From an uncultured delta proteobacterium (GTDB lineage: Bacteria; Desulfobacterota; Syntrophia; Syntrophales; UBA2192): a stretch of 64,000 nucleotides of DNA. The translations under genes and the position numbers were made by a program. Below are positions 49,107 through 57,710 of this stretch, piece after piece (the first letter of the stretch is position 1; every line of letters starts with the position of its first letter). Below the pieces are notes generated by a model. It ran no database searches. It was not told the origin of the DNA and saw only the letters and a program-made list of their open reading frames with translations. Location: the NCBI GenBank assembly GCA_963705165.1, contig CAVPJD010000008.1, forward strand, positions 64,001 to 128,000, in the 5' to 3' direction.

Positions 49107-50321
49107 TCAGGTCAGGTTGATCACCGTGATCTCCGGCCTTGCGTTGAGCCTTACGGGGGTGAAGGTCGTGCCGATCCCGCGGCTCACGTAGAGGTGAGAA
49201 TCGCCGATGCGGTAGAGCCCCTCGGGCCAAGGGGTCCGCAGATGGGCGAGGCTCAGGTCCCCTCCCGGCAGGCTCAATTTGATCTGCCCCCCGTGGTAGT
49301 GGCCCGACAGCGTCAATGCAATCCCCTGCCCGGCGGCCTCCGGAAAGATCTCCGGGCGGTGAGAAAGCAGGATCGTCGGGATGGCCGGGTCCAGCCCCCT
49401 CAGGGCGGCATCCAGGTCGTGGTTGCCGAACCGCATGTCATCGATCCCGGCAACGGCGAAGGGCCCCTTTTCGGTCCGGATCACCCGGTGCGCATTGTAG
49501 AGCAGCGGAACCCCGTGCTGGCGGAAAAGCGCCTTGAGCCGGCTGATGCTGCCGACCCAGTGCTCGTGATTGCCCAGGGTGGCAAACGTGCCGTAGCGGG
49601 CCTTGACACGGGCCATCTCCTCCAGGCAGCCCGGAAGAAAGGCAATCGAATTCGAGACGTAGTCCCCTGTGAGAACGAAAAGATCGGGCTCGAGCGCGAT
49701 TGCCGCATCGGCATAGCGCCGCAGATCGTCCCGGGTCATGTAGAGGCCGGCATGGTGGTCGGTGAGTTGTACTACCCTCAACGGCAGGCCGAAGGGCAGC
49801 GTGAGCTCTCGCACCTCGTGAGACCTTCCGGCCCAGGCAGCGCCGTAGCCGGAAAGGACAAGGGGCGCTGCGGCAAGCGCCCCCGCTCCGGCCTGAAGGA
49901 ACCGGCGTCGCTCCGGGTCCGCGGGGGGCCCTTCTGCAGGGCGGGCCGGGTTGCGACAGCGCCCGATGATCGCTTGCCCCAGAAAGCCTGCGGCCTGCGA
50001 GCAGACGAGAAGCAGGGCCGACAGGATCGAGCCGATGCCCCAGACGGCCGGCAGATAGAAGAAGAGGATCTGAACGAAGGCGGGTGGGTCGACCCAGGGG
50101 ATGGGTTTGAGCAGGATCAGCACGTTCATGGCAAAGAGAAGGCCGATGAGCGCCCCCGCAAGGACGACGGCCAGGGATTTGAAGAGCGCCGACCTCTCCG
50201 AGGACCGGATAGCGTGCCGGATGCGTAAGAAGAGGTATATCTGGGCGAATACCGCGAGACTGACGACGATGAACCGAAGGGTGCCGAAGGTCAATGTGGG
50301 TGCCATAAGTCGATGGCCCAA
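49107..50321 (-). CDS. Membrane-bound metallophosphoesterase (YkuE-like), copy 1
   Basis: D-H-H, TGD, GNHE, LSHRP, GHYHGGQ, SRGIG. Confidence 0.9.
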   Translation of the reverse strand: MGHRLMAPTLTFGTLRFIVVSLAVFAQIYLFLRIRHAIRSSERSALFKSLAVVLAGALIGLLFAMNVLILLKPIPWVDPPAFVQILFFYLPAVWGIGSILSALLLVCSQAAGFLGQAIIGRCRNPARPAEGPPADPERRRFLQAGAGALAAAPLVLSGYGAAWAGRSHEVRELTLPFGLPLRVVQLTDHHAGLYMTRDDLRRYADAAIALEPDLFVLTGDYVSNSIAFLPGCLEEMARVKARYGTFATLGNHEHWVGSISRLKALFRQHGVPLLYNAHRVIRTEKGPFAVAGIDDMRFGNHDLDAALRGLDPAIPTILLSHRPEIFPEAAGQGIALTLSGHYHGGQIKLSLPGGDLSLAHLRTPWPEGLYRIGDSHLYVSRGIGTTFTPVRLNARPEITVINLT

Positions 50322-50355
50322 TGTGCCACAGATTCAAGCCGCCCGCAACCGGAGA

Positions 50356-50463
50356 GATTAGAGAGGTTGAGAAGGTGAGAGGGTAAGAAGGTTGGATATG
50401 CCGCCAGCCAATCGCATGTCCTCATTTTTCCAACCTTCTCACCCTCAAACCCTCTTAACTTCT
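50356..50463. repeat. Octamer-periodic inverted-repeat element
   Basis: GAGAAGGT/GAGAGGGT/AAGAAGGT arm and complementary arm; sister of 19365-19467. Confidence 0.75.
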
Positions 50464-50629
50464 GCCTTTCGCGGCCTCCATCAGCGCCTGTCTGATGGCA
50501 TCCTCAGACGGCGTCTGCGGGAAGGGAGTCCTTCCGTCTTAGACCACATTCAGACAGGCGCCGATTTTGTTTCTGCGAAAAATATCGATAATAAACTTAA
50601 CGAAAGGGAACAAGCCAAAGAGAAGAGTC

Positions 50630-50761
50630 ATGATGACCCGGATTCACAAAGCAGCAGAAGGCAGGATTCAAACAGACCCCCGGATCAACCTGATGGGCGA
50701 ACGGGTGGACAGGGTGTGGGCGGACCCCATCCTGAACCCACGCAAGGACATCGATCGCTGA
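50630..50761 (+). CDS. Putative 43-aa microprotein
   Basis: MMTRIHK..VDRVWADPILNPRKDIDR; weak RBS. Confidence 0.45.
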   Translation: MMTRIHKAAEGRIQTDPRINLMGERVDRVWADPILNPRKDIDR

Positions 50762-50797
50762 TCCCCGGGCAACGAAACCAATCAAGGAGGTATCGTC

Positions 50798-50905
50798 ATG
50801 AAGGAGAAAGCCAAGAACGTGAAGACCGACCGGAAATTCTGGAACGACCCGATGAGCTTCCCCGTCTTTGGGCCAAAACGCAGCAAGCAGGAAGAGGGAA
50901 AGTAA
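50798..50905 (+). CDS. Putative 35-aa microprotein
   Basis: AAGGAGGT RBS; MKEKAKNVKTDRKFWNDPMSFPVFGPKRSKQEEGK; host-like codons; terminator follows. Confidence 0.65.
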   Translation: MKEKAKNVKTDRKFWNDPMSFPVFGPKRSKQEEGK

Positions 50906-50954
50906 GGGACCCGGCGAAAGCCGACTACAATACAACTTGTGACATTTCCTGTGC

Positions 50955-50995
50955 TGAAGGCCCCTGCCCGTTTCGGGCGGGGGCCTTCATTTTTT
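50955..50995 (+). terminator. Intrinsic terminator
   Basis: TGAAGGCCCC..GCCCG-TTT-CGGGC..GGGGCCTTCATTTTTT. Confidence 0.75.
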
Positions 50996-51071
50996 CCGTG
51001 TCCTGCGCACCGCGAAAAATCGTCTCATTTTTCTGAGAGCATCACAAAGCGTTTTGTATTACAATACGGTC

Positions 51072-53240
51072 ATGAGAATTCCCTTCGCAGAAAAGCTCGC
51101 CACGAAACGCGTTTCCTTCCGCACGGCGCTCTCGACCCTTCTCATGGTGATGATCTTCGGCACTGTCGCCCTCCTCGGAGGCCTTTCCTACTACAACCTC
51201 AAGAGAAACGCCGACACCCTCTCCGGACAGGTGCTTGACGAGAGCTCCCTGCGCATCCGGCACTGGGTCGGCACGCTGCTCACCCGCGCCAAGGACCAGG
51301 GCGAGATGAACCGCCAGCTCCTCGGCTCCGTCCAGCTCCGCCCGGAATCGCTGACCTGGATCACCCGTCACATGCAGCGGGTGCTGGAGACGCAGAGCCA
51401 TTTCACCTTCCTTTCGGCAGGCTTCGAGAGCGGCCTGATGCTGTCCGTCGAGCGACTGCAGGACGGCGGGTTCAGCATCCGGGAGGCCCGGTACGACCGC
51501 AAGGCCGGCAAGGCGGAGATCCTCGACTTCCGGCCCGAAGACTACCCGCAGCGAAAGGCCTATGATCGCCGGGAATTCCAGTTGACCGGTGAGAGGAGGA
51601 TGCCGGGCTGGTACACCGCCGCCCGCGATGCCGGAGGCCCGATCTGGACCGAGGGGCGGACGTTGCGCAGCGGCGCCGAGGCGGTCCCGGGCATCACCTT
51701 CGCCACCCCCATTTACGACAAGGACCAGCAGTTCATCGGCGTCACGACGGTCGACTTCGACATCAGCGCCATCTCCCGCTTTCTCAACTCCAACCCGATC
51801 GGGAAGGCGGGATTTGCCTTCATCATCGAGAAGACGGCAGGCGGGAAATTCCAGATCCTCGCCCACCCGCAGCCGGAGATCCTCACCCGCGAGGTGAAGG
51901 ACGAAAGGGGGCGCTCGCAGTTCGAGTTTACGGACTGGCAGAAGCTGGGCGACGAGCGGGTCGTACGCTTCATGGAGTTTTTCTCCGAGAACAGCGGGGA
52001 ATATCTGGGCCACGATCTCAGGACCTTCCGCTTCAGCGCCGGCGGCGCGGATTATTTCGGGAGCTACCGCCGGATGGCCGGGAGGGACCTGCCGGGCTGG
52101 ATCATCGCCCTTGTCATTCCCTACCACGAGATCATGGGGGCCGTGGATCGAAACAACCTGGAGACCCTGCTGATCGGGGTCGCGGCCTTTTTCCTGATTC
52201 TGATCTCGAGCGCCTGGATCTCCGCCCTCGTCTCCAAGCCCCTGCGTCGGATCGCCCTGGATTCGGAAGCCATCGGCCGCTTCGAGCTCGAGGCCCGGCC
52301 CCTCGAGCGCTCGCAGATCCGGGAAGTGGACCAGCTGATGGTGGCCACACACGACATGACGCGGGGCTTGCGCTCCTTCGGCAAGTACGTGCCGGCCGAT
52401 CTCGTCCGCGAGATCCTCGCCTCCGGCGGCGAGGCCGAACTGGGCGGCCAGAAGGCTTCCCTCACCATCTTCTTTACCGACATCGCCGATTTCACGACGA
52501 TCTCGGAGGGCCTCGATCCCGAGGCCCTCGTGGATCAGCTCGGCGAATATTTCGAGGCGATGAGCAGCGCGCTGAGGCAGCAGCCGCCGGGCACGCTCGA
52601 CAAGTTCATCGGCGACAGCATCATGGCCTTCTGGGGGGCCCCCCTGCCCAATCCCGATCACGCCGTCACGGCCTGCCGCGCGGCGCTTTTGTGCCAGGAA
52701 CGCCTGGAGGAGCTCCACGAGAAGTGGGCCCGCGAGGGCAAGCCGCTGTTCCACCAGCGCATCGGCATCAACACGGGCGAGGTGATCGTGGGCAATATGG
52801 GCAGCGCCACCCGGCTCAATTACACCGTCGTCGGCGACACGGTGAACACGGCCAGCCGCTTCGAGGGCCTCAACAAGATCTACGGCACCCGGATCATCAT
52901 CGGCGAGAGCACCCGGGCAATCGTGAAGGATCAGTTCATCGCCCGCCCCCTCGACCTCGTCTCCGTCAAGGGGAGCACGAGGGGCGTGCGAATCTACGAA
53001 CTGATGGCCGAGGCGGCCTCGGCCGACGAGCGCACGCGCGCGATCGCCGCTCTGGCCGAAACGGCGCTGAATCTCTATCTCGAGCGGCGCTGGGACAAGG
53101 CCGGAGAGTGCTGCAGGAAGATCCTGGAGCTCAACCACGGCGACGAGCCCGCCCGCATCCTGATGGAGCGCTGCCGGCTCATGTTGGAGAGCCCGCCGCC
53201 CGGCAACTGGAACGGCATCCACCGCATCGAGAGCAAATGA
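51072..53240 (+). CDS. Membrane class III adenylate/guanylate cyclase with Cache and HAMP domains
   Basis: FFTDIADFT, DKFIGD.IMAFWGAP, GINTG, GDTVN.ASR.E. Confidence 0.93.
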   Translation: MRIPFAEKLATKRVSFRTALSTLLMVMIFGTVALLGGLSYYNLKRNADTLSGQVLDESSLRIRHWVGTLLTRAKDQGEMNRQLLGSVQLRPESLTWITRHMQRVLETQSHFTFLSAGFESGLMLSVERLQDGGFSIREARYDRKAGKAEILDFRPEDYPQRKAYDRREFQLTGERRMPGWYTAARDAGGPIWTEGRTLRSGAEAVPGITFATPIYDKDQQFIGVTTVDFDISAISRFLNSNPIGKAGFAFIIEKTAGGKFQILAHPQPEILTREVKDERGRSQFEFTDWQKLGDERVVRFMEFFSENSGEYLGHDLRTFRFSAGGADYFGSYRRMAGRDLPGWIIALVIPYHEIMGAVDRNNLETLLIGVAAFFLILISSAWISALVSKPLRRIALDSEAIGRFELEARPLERSQIREVDQLMVATHDMTRGLRSFGKYVPADLVREILASGGEAELGGQKASLTIFFTDIADFTTISEGLDPEALVDQLGEYFEAMSSALRQQPPGTLDKFIGDSIMAFWGAPLPNPDHAVTACRAALLCQERLEELHEKWAREGKPLFHQRIGINTGEVIVGNMGSATRLNYTVVGDTVNTASRFEGLNKIYGTRIIIGESTRAIVKDQFIARPLDLVSVKGSTRGVRIYELMAEAASADERTRAIAALAETALNLYLERRWDKAGECCRKILELNHGDEPARILMERCRLMLESPPPGNWNGIHRIESK

Positions 53241-53322
53241 GAAGCATCTTGAGGGAAGCCCTCGGCCCCGCTCGGCGGCCGGGATCGTCGCGGCCTTCCC
53301 GGTAAAGGAGAGCACGGAATCC

Positions 53323-54777
53323 ATGCCCCGAAGACGCTGCAAGACAATGGCCGCTGGCGCCCTCCTGATCGGCGCCGTCATCGCGCTTTCCTCCTGTGCC
53401 GCCAACCCCGTCAGCGGCAAACAGGACTTCATGCTGATCAGCGAGCAGGAAGAAATCGACATGGGCCGGAAGGTCGATGCCTCGGTGACCCGGGAGTACG
53501 GCCTGTACGACGATCCGCGCCTCAGCGCCTATGTGAACGACATGGGCCGCAGACTGGGAAAGCTCTCCCACCGCCCGCAACTCGACTACAGCGTCAAAAT
53601 CCTCGATGCCTCCGTCGTGAACGCCTTCGCCGCCCCGGGGGGCTATCTCTTCTTCACGCGCGGGATCCTGGCCACCCTCAACAGCGAGGCGGAACTGGCC
53701 GGCGTGATGGGGCACGAGATCGGCCACGTCACGGCTCGCCACTCGGCCCAGCAGTTGAGCAAGGCGCAGGCGGCGCAGATCGGGCTGATCATTCCCCAGG
53801 TGCTTGGTGTTCCCCTTCTGTCAGGGCTGGCAGAGATCGGGATGGGGCTCTTCTTCATGAAATACAGCCGCGACAACGAGCGGGAGGCCGACTCCCTGGG
53901 TGTGGAGTACGCGACCAGGGCGGGCTATGACGCCTCACAGATGGCGGGCTTTTTCGAGACGCTCCAGCGCATGAACCCGCAGTCGGACCGCAGCGGCATG
54001 CCGGCCTGGTTTGCCACGCACCCCAGCCCCGAAGACCGCGAAAAGGCCATCAAGGTCCAGGCGCAGCAGGCACAGCGGCAGATGGGGTTGACCCGCCCCC
54101 GGATCGATCGCGAGGCCTACCTGAGGGCCATTGACGGCCTCGCCTACGGCCAGGACCCCCGCGAGGGTTACGTGGAGGGGGGCGTGTACTACCACCCCGC
54201 CATGCGCATCCAGTTCCCCGTGCCCGCCGAATGGAAGGTGAACGACACGCCGACGGCCGTGCAGATGGTGAGCAAGGACAAAAACGCCGTCATCCTCTTC
54301 ACCGCGGCGCAGGGCAAGTCCCCGTCCGAATCGGCCCGGATCTTTGTCTCGAAGACCAAGGCCCGCGTCCTCCAGAGCCAGTCCGTCAGTGTGGGCGGCT
54401 TTGCGGCCCATCGTCTCGTCGCAGAGGTGCAGTCCCGCAACGGCACGGTCCGGATCCTGTCCTATTTCATCCAGAAGGGGGATGTGATCTACACGTTCGG
54501 GGGGATCAGCACACCGCGCAACTTCCCGCAGTACGAGAGTCTCTTCGAGAACACCATGAACCGGTTCGCGGAGTTGACCGACGCGAGAAAGATCAACGTC
54601 CAGCCGGACCGCGTCCGGGTGCGCCGCGCCCCAAAGGCCGACACCCTCGGCAATGCCCTCCGGGCGCTTGGCGTCGCGGAGAACCGGGTCAAGGAGATGT
54701 CGCTGCTCAACGGCGGCGATCCGGACGAGCCGATCCCCCCGAACACCCTGCTCAAGGTCGTGGAGCGCGGCCGGTAA
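53323..54777 (+). CDS. M48 family metalloprotease lipoprotein (BepA-like)
   Basis: Lipobox LSSC; NAFAAPGG; HEIGH; YSR.NE.EAD; THP. Confidence 0.92.
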   Translation: MPRRRCKTMAAGALLIGAVIALSSCAANPVSGKQDFMLISEQEEIDMGRKVDASVTREYGLYDDPRLSAYVNDMGRRLGKLSHRPQLDYSVKILDASVVNAFAAPGGYLFFTRGILATLNSEAELAGVMGHEIGHVTARHSAQQLSKAQAAQIGLIIPQVLGVPLLSGLAEIGMGLFFMKYSRDNEREADSLGVEYATRAGYDASQMAGFFETLQRMNPQSDRSGMPAWFATHPSPEDREKAIKVQAQQAQRQMGLTRPRIDREAYLRAIDGLAYGQDPREGYVEGGVYYHPAMRIQFPVPAEWKVNDTPTAVQMVSKDKNAVILFTAAQGKSPSESARIFVSKTKARVLQSQSVSVGGFAAHRLVAEVQSRNGTVRILSYFIQKGDVIYTFGGISTPRNFPQYESLFENTMNRFAELTDARKINVQPDRVRVRRAPKADTLGNALRALGVAENRVKEMSLLNGGDPDEPIPPNTLLKVVERGR

Positions 54778-54805
54778 GAAACCCTCGCATCGCGCACCGG
54801 CGAGT

Positions 54806-55285
54806 CTATCTGCTTTCCACGGCCTCAACCGCGAGATCGATCTTTTCGGCCGACGGCTCCGCGGGTCTCCAGCACAGCCTCCACCGGGAGATGCCGGTCC
54901 GCAAGGGCGAAGCGGCGCCCTCCTGCCTGTACTCCGCCCAGACGGAAAAATCGATCCACCAGTTCAGGGCCGCCTTGTAACCCCAAAGGTGAACCTTGCT
55001 GGCCACCCCGGGATGGGCCGCGAGGAGCAGGTCGTAGACGTCCCACGCGAGCGCTCCGCCGGGCGGGATCGAATCGGCGGGCGTGGCGCGCTTCAGGGCC
55101 TCCGTTGCGTCATGAACCATCCCGCGCTCCTCGGAGAGTGTTGCGTGCGCGATGACCCCGGTGGCGGTGCTGTCGCCTGCATTGTGCAGCGAGAGGATCG
55201 CCCTGGCAAATGGGATTTCCCGCCCCCCGGTGACGCGGAGTGTCGAAGGGACGGTCTTCAGGGTGAAGTTCAGGTTGCCGGACAT
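54806..55285 (-). CDS. Hypothetical protein
   Basis: GGAGAGGG RBS; ORF directly follows the ThiF gene. Confidence 0.6.
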   Translation of the reverse strand: MSGNLNFTLKTVPSTLRVTGGREIPFARAILSLHNAGDSTATGVIAHATLSEERGMVHDATEALKRATPADSIPPGGALAWDVYDLLLAAHPGVASKVHLWGYKAALNWWIDFSVWAEYRQEGAASPLRTGISRWRLCWRPAEPSAEKIDLAVEAVESR

Positions 55286-55305
55286 GGTGTTTCCCTCTCC
55301 TGTTA

Positions 55306-56184
55306 TCATGTCGTTCCAGGCGCCTCGCCAAACCGGAACGTCTCCAGCCGGCCTTTCTCCAGATCCACGTAAGCCATCGTGTTCCGGAAGAGGCTGCCGC
55401 GCCTGAGCAGAATCTTGAGCACTTCCATGGTCTGGAAGGTGCCGATGAGCGCCGCCGTCACGGCGGGAACTCCCAGGACGGCTTCCGGCCGATCCGGATC
55501 GGCCCCGCTCGCGGCCTCCCCGTAGAGCTGCTTCACGCCGGCGTCGCCCGGCAGGACGGTCATGATCCTGCCCTCGAAGCCGGCCAGCGCCCCGTGCACC
55601 ATGGGGATGCCCAGCCGGCCTGCCGCCTCCTGCAGCAGCAGGCGGTCGGGCACATTGTCCAGGCCGTCGACGACGACATCGCTGCCGGCAAGGATCCCGT
55701 CGATCACATCGGCTGTCAGCCTCACCTGGTGGGGAATCACATGAACGCCGGGGTTGATCGCAGCCACGGCCTCTACGGCGGCGCGGGTCTTCGGCTCCCC
55801 CAGCATGTTTTCGACGCACAGGGCCTGGCGGTTCAGGTTCGTCTCGTCAAAGAGGTCACAATCCACGACGACGATCGTCCCGATACCGAGGCGCGCCAGC
55901 AACACGATGACCTGCCCGCCCAGCCCCCCTGCTCCCACAACGGCAACCCGCGATTCGGCAAGCCTGAGTTGCTCCGCTGCGGAGAGGATATCCCGGTTGC
56001 GGATGTAGCGGTACGGGTAGATGCCGAGCTTGAGCGACTCGCGGTAAATCTCGTGAAGGGCAACCCCGCTCTGCCGGGAAATCTCGCGGGCAGCGCGGTC
56101 TTCCAAGACCTCCGCGTCGCGGCCTGCCGGGTCCATTATTCTTTTCGCCCGCCCGCGAATCCGGTCCAGAATGTCCGAACTCAT
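55306..56184 (-). CDS. ThiF/MoeB family adenylyltransferase
   Basis: VGAGGLG, D.D.FDETNLNRQ, DGLDN. Confidence 0.9.
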   Translation of the reverse strand: MSSDILDRIRGRAKRIMDPAGRDAEVLEDRAAREISRQSGVALHEIYRESLKLGIYPYRYIRNRDILSAAEQLRLAESRVAVVGAGGLGGQVIVLLARLGIGTIVVVDCDLFDETNLNRQALCVENMLGEPKTRAAVEAVAAINPGVHVIPHQVRLTADVIDGILAGSDVVVDGLDNVPDRLLLQEAAGRLGIPMVHGALAGFEGRIMTVLPGDAGVKQLYGEAASGADPDRPEAVLGVPAVTAALIGTFQTMEVLKILLRRGSLFRNTMAYVDLEKGRLETFRFGEAPGTT

Positions 56185-56530
56185 CGACCCACCCCCTCTT
56201 CGGCAATATGGACTGCGGCCTTCGGGCCACTTTCCTTCCAAGCTCCCTCTCCCTTGAGAGGGCTCCCTTCGGTCGCTCCTAATGAACAGCAGTACCACGG
56301 GTCGAAAGATGTAGGGGCCGTTCCCCGAACGGCCCAACAGGCCCGATCGGGGATCGGGCCCTACGCGTTGAAGGCTGTTTCTTCCATCGATAACCCCGGG
56401 TATGGCCGGGGTCAGTGGCTCGCAATGACGGAAGCCGATTATGACACAGCCATCCCATTTCCCTCTTGTCTGAATCCGTTTGAGGAAATCCTCACAGTCG
56501 TATATGCTCTATTCGAGGTGTGATGAAACC

Positions 56531-56755
56531 ATGAAAGTCGAGCTGAACCTCTATGCCTCCCTGGCCCGCTTCGTCCCCCGCACGGGGTCCCTGGAGGTCG
56601 GCGAGGATACCACGATCCTGGGGCTGCTTCGGCGTCTCGACGTGCCGCTGGACAAGGTGAAGATCATCTTCCTCAACGGCATCCACGCCAGCGGCACTGA
56701 AACCCTCCGTGAAGGGGACCGGGTGGGGGTCTTCCCGCCCGTTGCCGGCGGCTAG
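56531..56755 (+). CDS. MoaD/ThiS family sulfur carrier
   Basis: C-terminal FPPVAGG di-glycine. Confidence 0.92.
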   Translation: MKVELNLYASLARFVPRTGSLEVGEDTTILGLLRRLDVPLDKVKIIFLNGIHASGTETLREGDRVGVFPPVAGG

Positions 56756-56760
56756 AAAAA

Positions 56761-56830
56761 AGGTTCGAGGCTCGAGGAGCGAGGTTCGAGGTTTTTCCAT
56801 ACGACACGCTACACGCTACCCGCGACACGC
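56761..56830. repeat. Heptamer repeat element
   Basis: AGGTTCG/AGGCTCG units followed by ACACGCT units. Confidence 0.65.
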
Positions 56831-56833
56831 TTC

Positions 56834-57415
56834 TTATGCCGGAACAACCCGCACATGCAGCCAGACCTGCCCCATCATCCCGTCGAGGCTCCCCTGCCCC
56901 TCGCGGCAATTATCCGGCAGGTCCCTGACGATCTGTGCGAGATCCCCGGCATCGACCTCGATGCCGCGCTCGAGAAGCTGAGGCCCCAATTCCCGCAGGG
57001 CCATGCCGAATAGCTTAATGACGATGCGGCCCTGCCCGATCCCCTGCGGTGCCGCATCGCCCCGGTGCGTGATCCCGCTGCGCATGGGGGCATAGTACCC
57101 GCCCCTTCTGAGCATAGCGCCCATCAGGCCCGGCATGGCAGGCGCCAGGGCCAGCGTCGCACCGTCCCGGACAAGGGCCGCATCGATGTCGTCCACGGGC
57201 TTGCCGTCCAGGAAAACGGTCTGGATCCGCGCCTCGATGTACTCGTCGGTCAGGCCGAGCCCATCGCGCAGAAATACCCCGATCGGGCATCCGGCGAGGA
57301 CCCCGAGCGCAAACCCCTTCTGCAGCAGCGGGAAAAAACAGGCAAGCCGGTCCGCCGGCACGGTTATGCACAGCCTGCCCTCAGCGCCTGCATCGGCGCG
57401 GTTCGATTCCGTCAT
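56834..57415 (-). CDS. Hypothetical protein downstream of aor
   Basis: IQTVFLDGKPVDD..LALAPAMPGLMGA.LRRGG. Confidence 0.7.
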   Translation of the reverse strand: MTESNRADAGAEGRLCITVPADRLACFFPLLQKGFALGVLAGCPIGVFLRDGLGLTDEYIEARIQTVFLDGKPVDDIDAALVRDGATLALAPAMPGLMGAMLRRGGYYAPMRSGITHRGDAAPQGIGQGRIVIKLFGMALRELGPQLLERGIEVDAGDLAQIVRDLPDNCREGQGSLDGMMGQVWLHVRVVPA

Positions 57416-57475
57416 GGGCAATAGACACCCTCCCCTCATCCCCTCCCGCCGGAGACTGAGTTGCAGTCCTCTTTG

Positions 57476-57633
57476 GTCATTGCGAGCGACCGACGGGAGC
57501 GCGGCAATCCCGAACATGCTGGATGAATGGGATTTTCCCCCTCACCTCTATCCTCTCCCACCGGGGGAGAGGAAGATCAAGGTAAAGGGTTTTCACAGGA
57601 GATTGCTTCGTCGCTGTCGCTCCTCGCAATGAC
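57476..57633. repeat. MITE/REP-like palindromic element with a nested second element
   Basis: GTCATTGCGAG..CTCGCAATGAC termini; nested CCCTCACC..GGGGGAGAGG; partial copies at 57641-57659 and about 56419-56429. Confidence 0.75.
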
Positions 57634-57710
57634 AGAAAAAGGGATGCCTTCGCAATGACATCGCGACAGGGTCTCCCACAGAAACGGAATGCGGCGAAAC
57701 GGTACAATCC

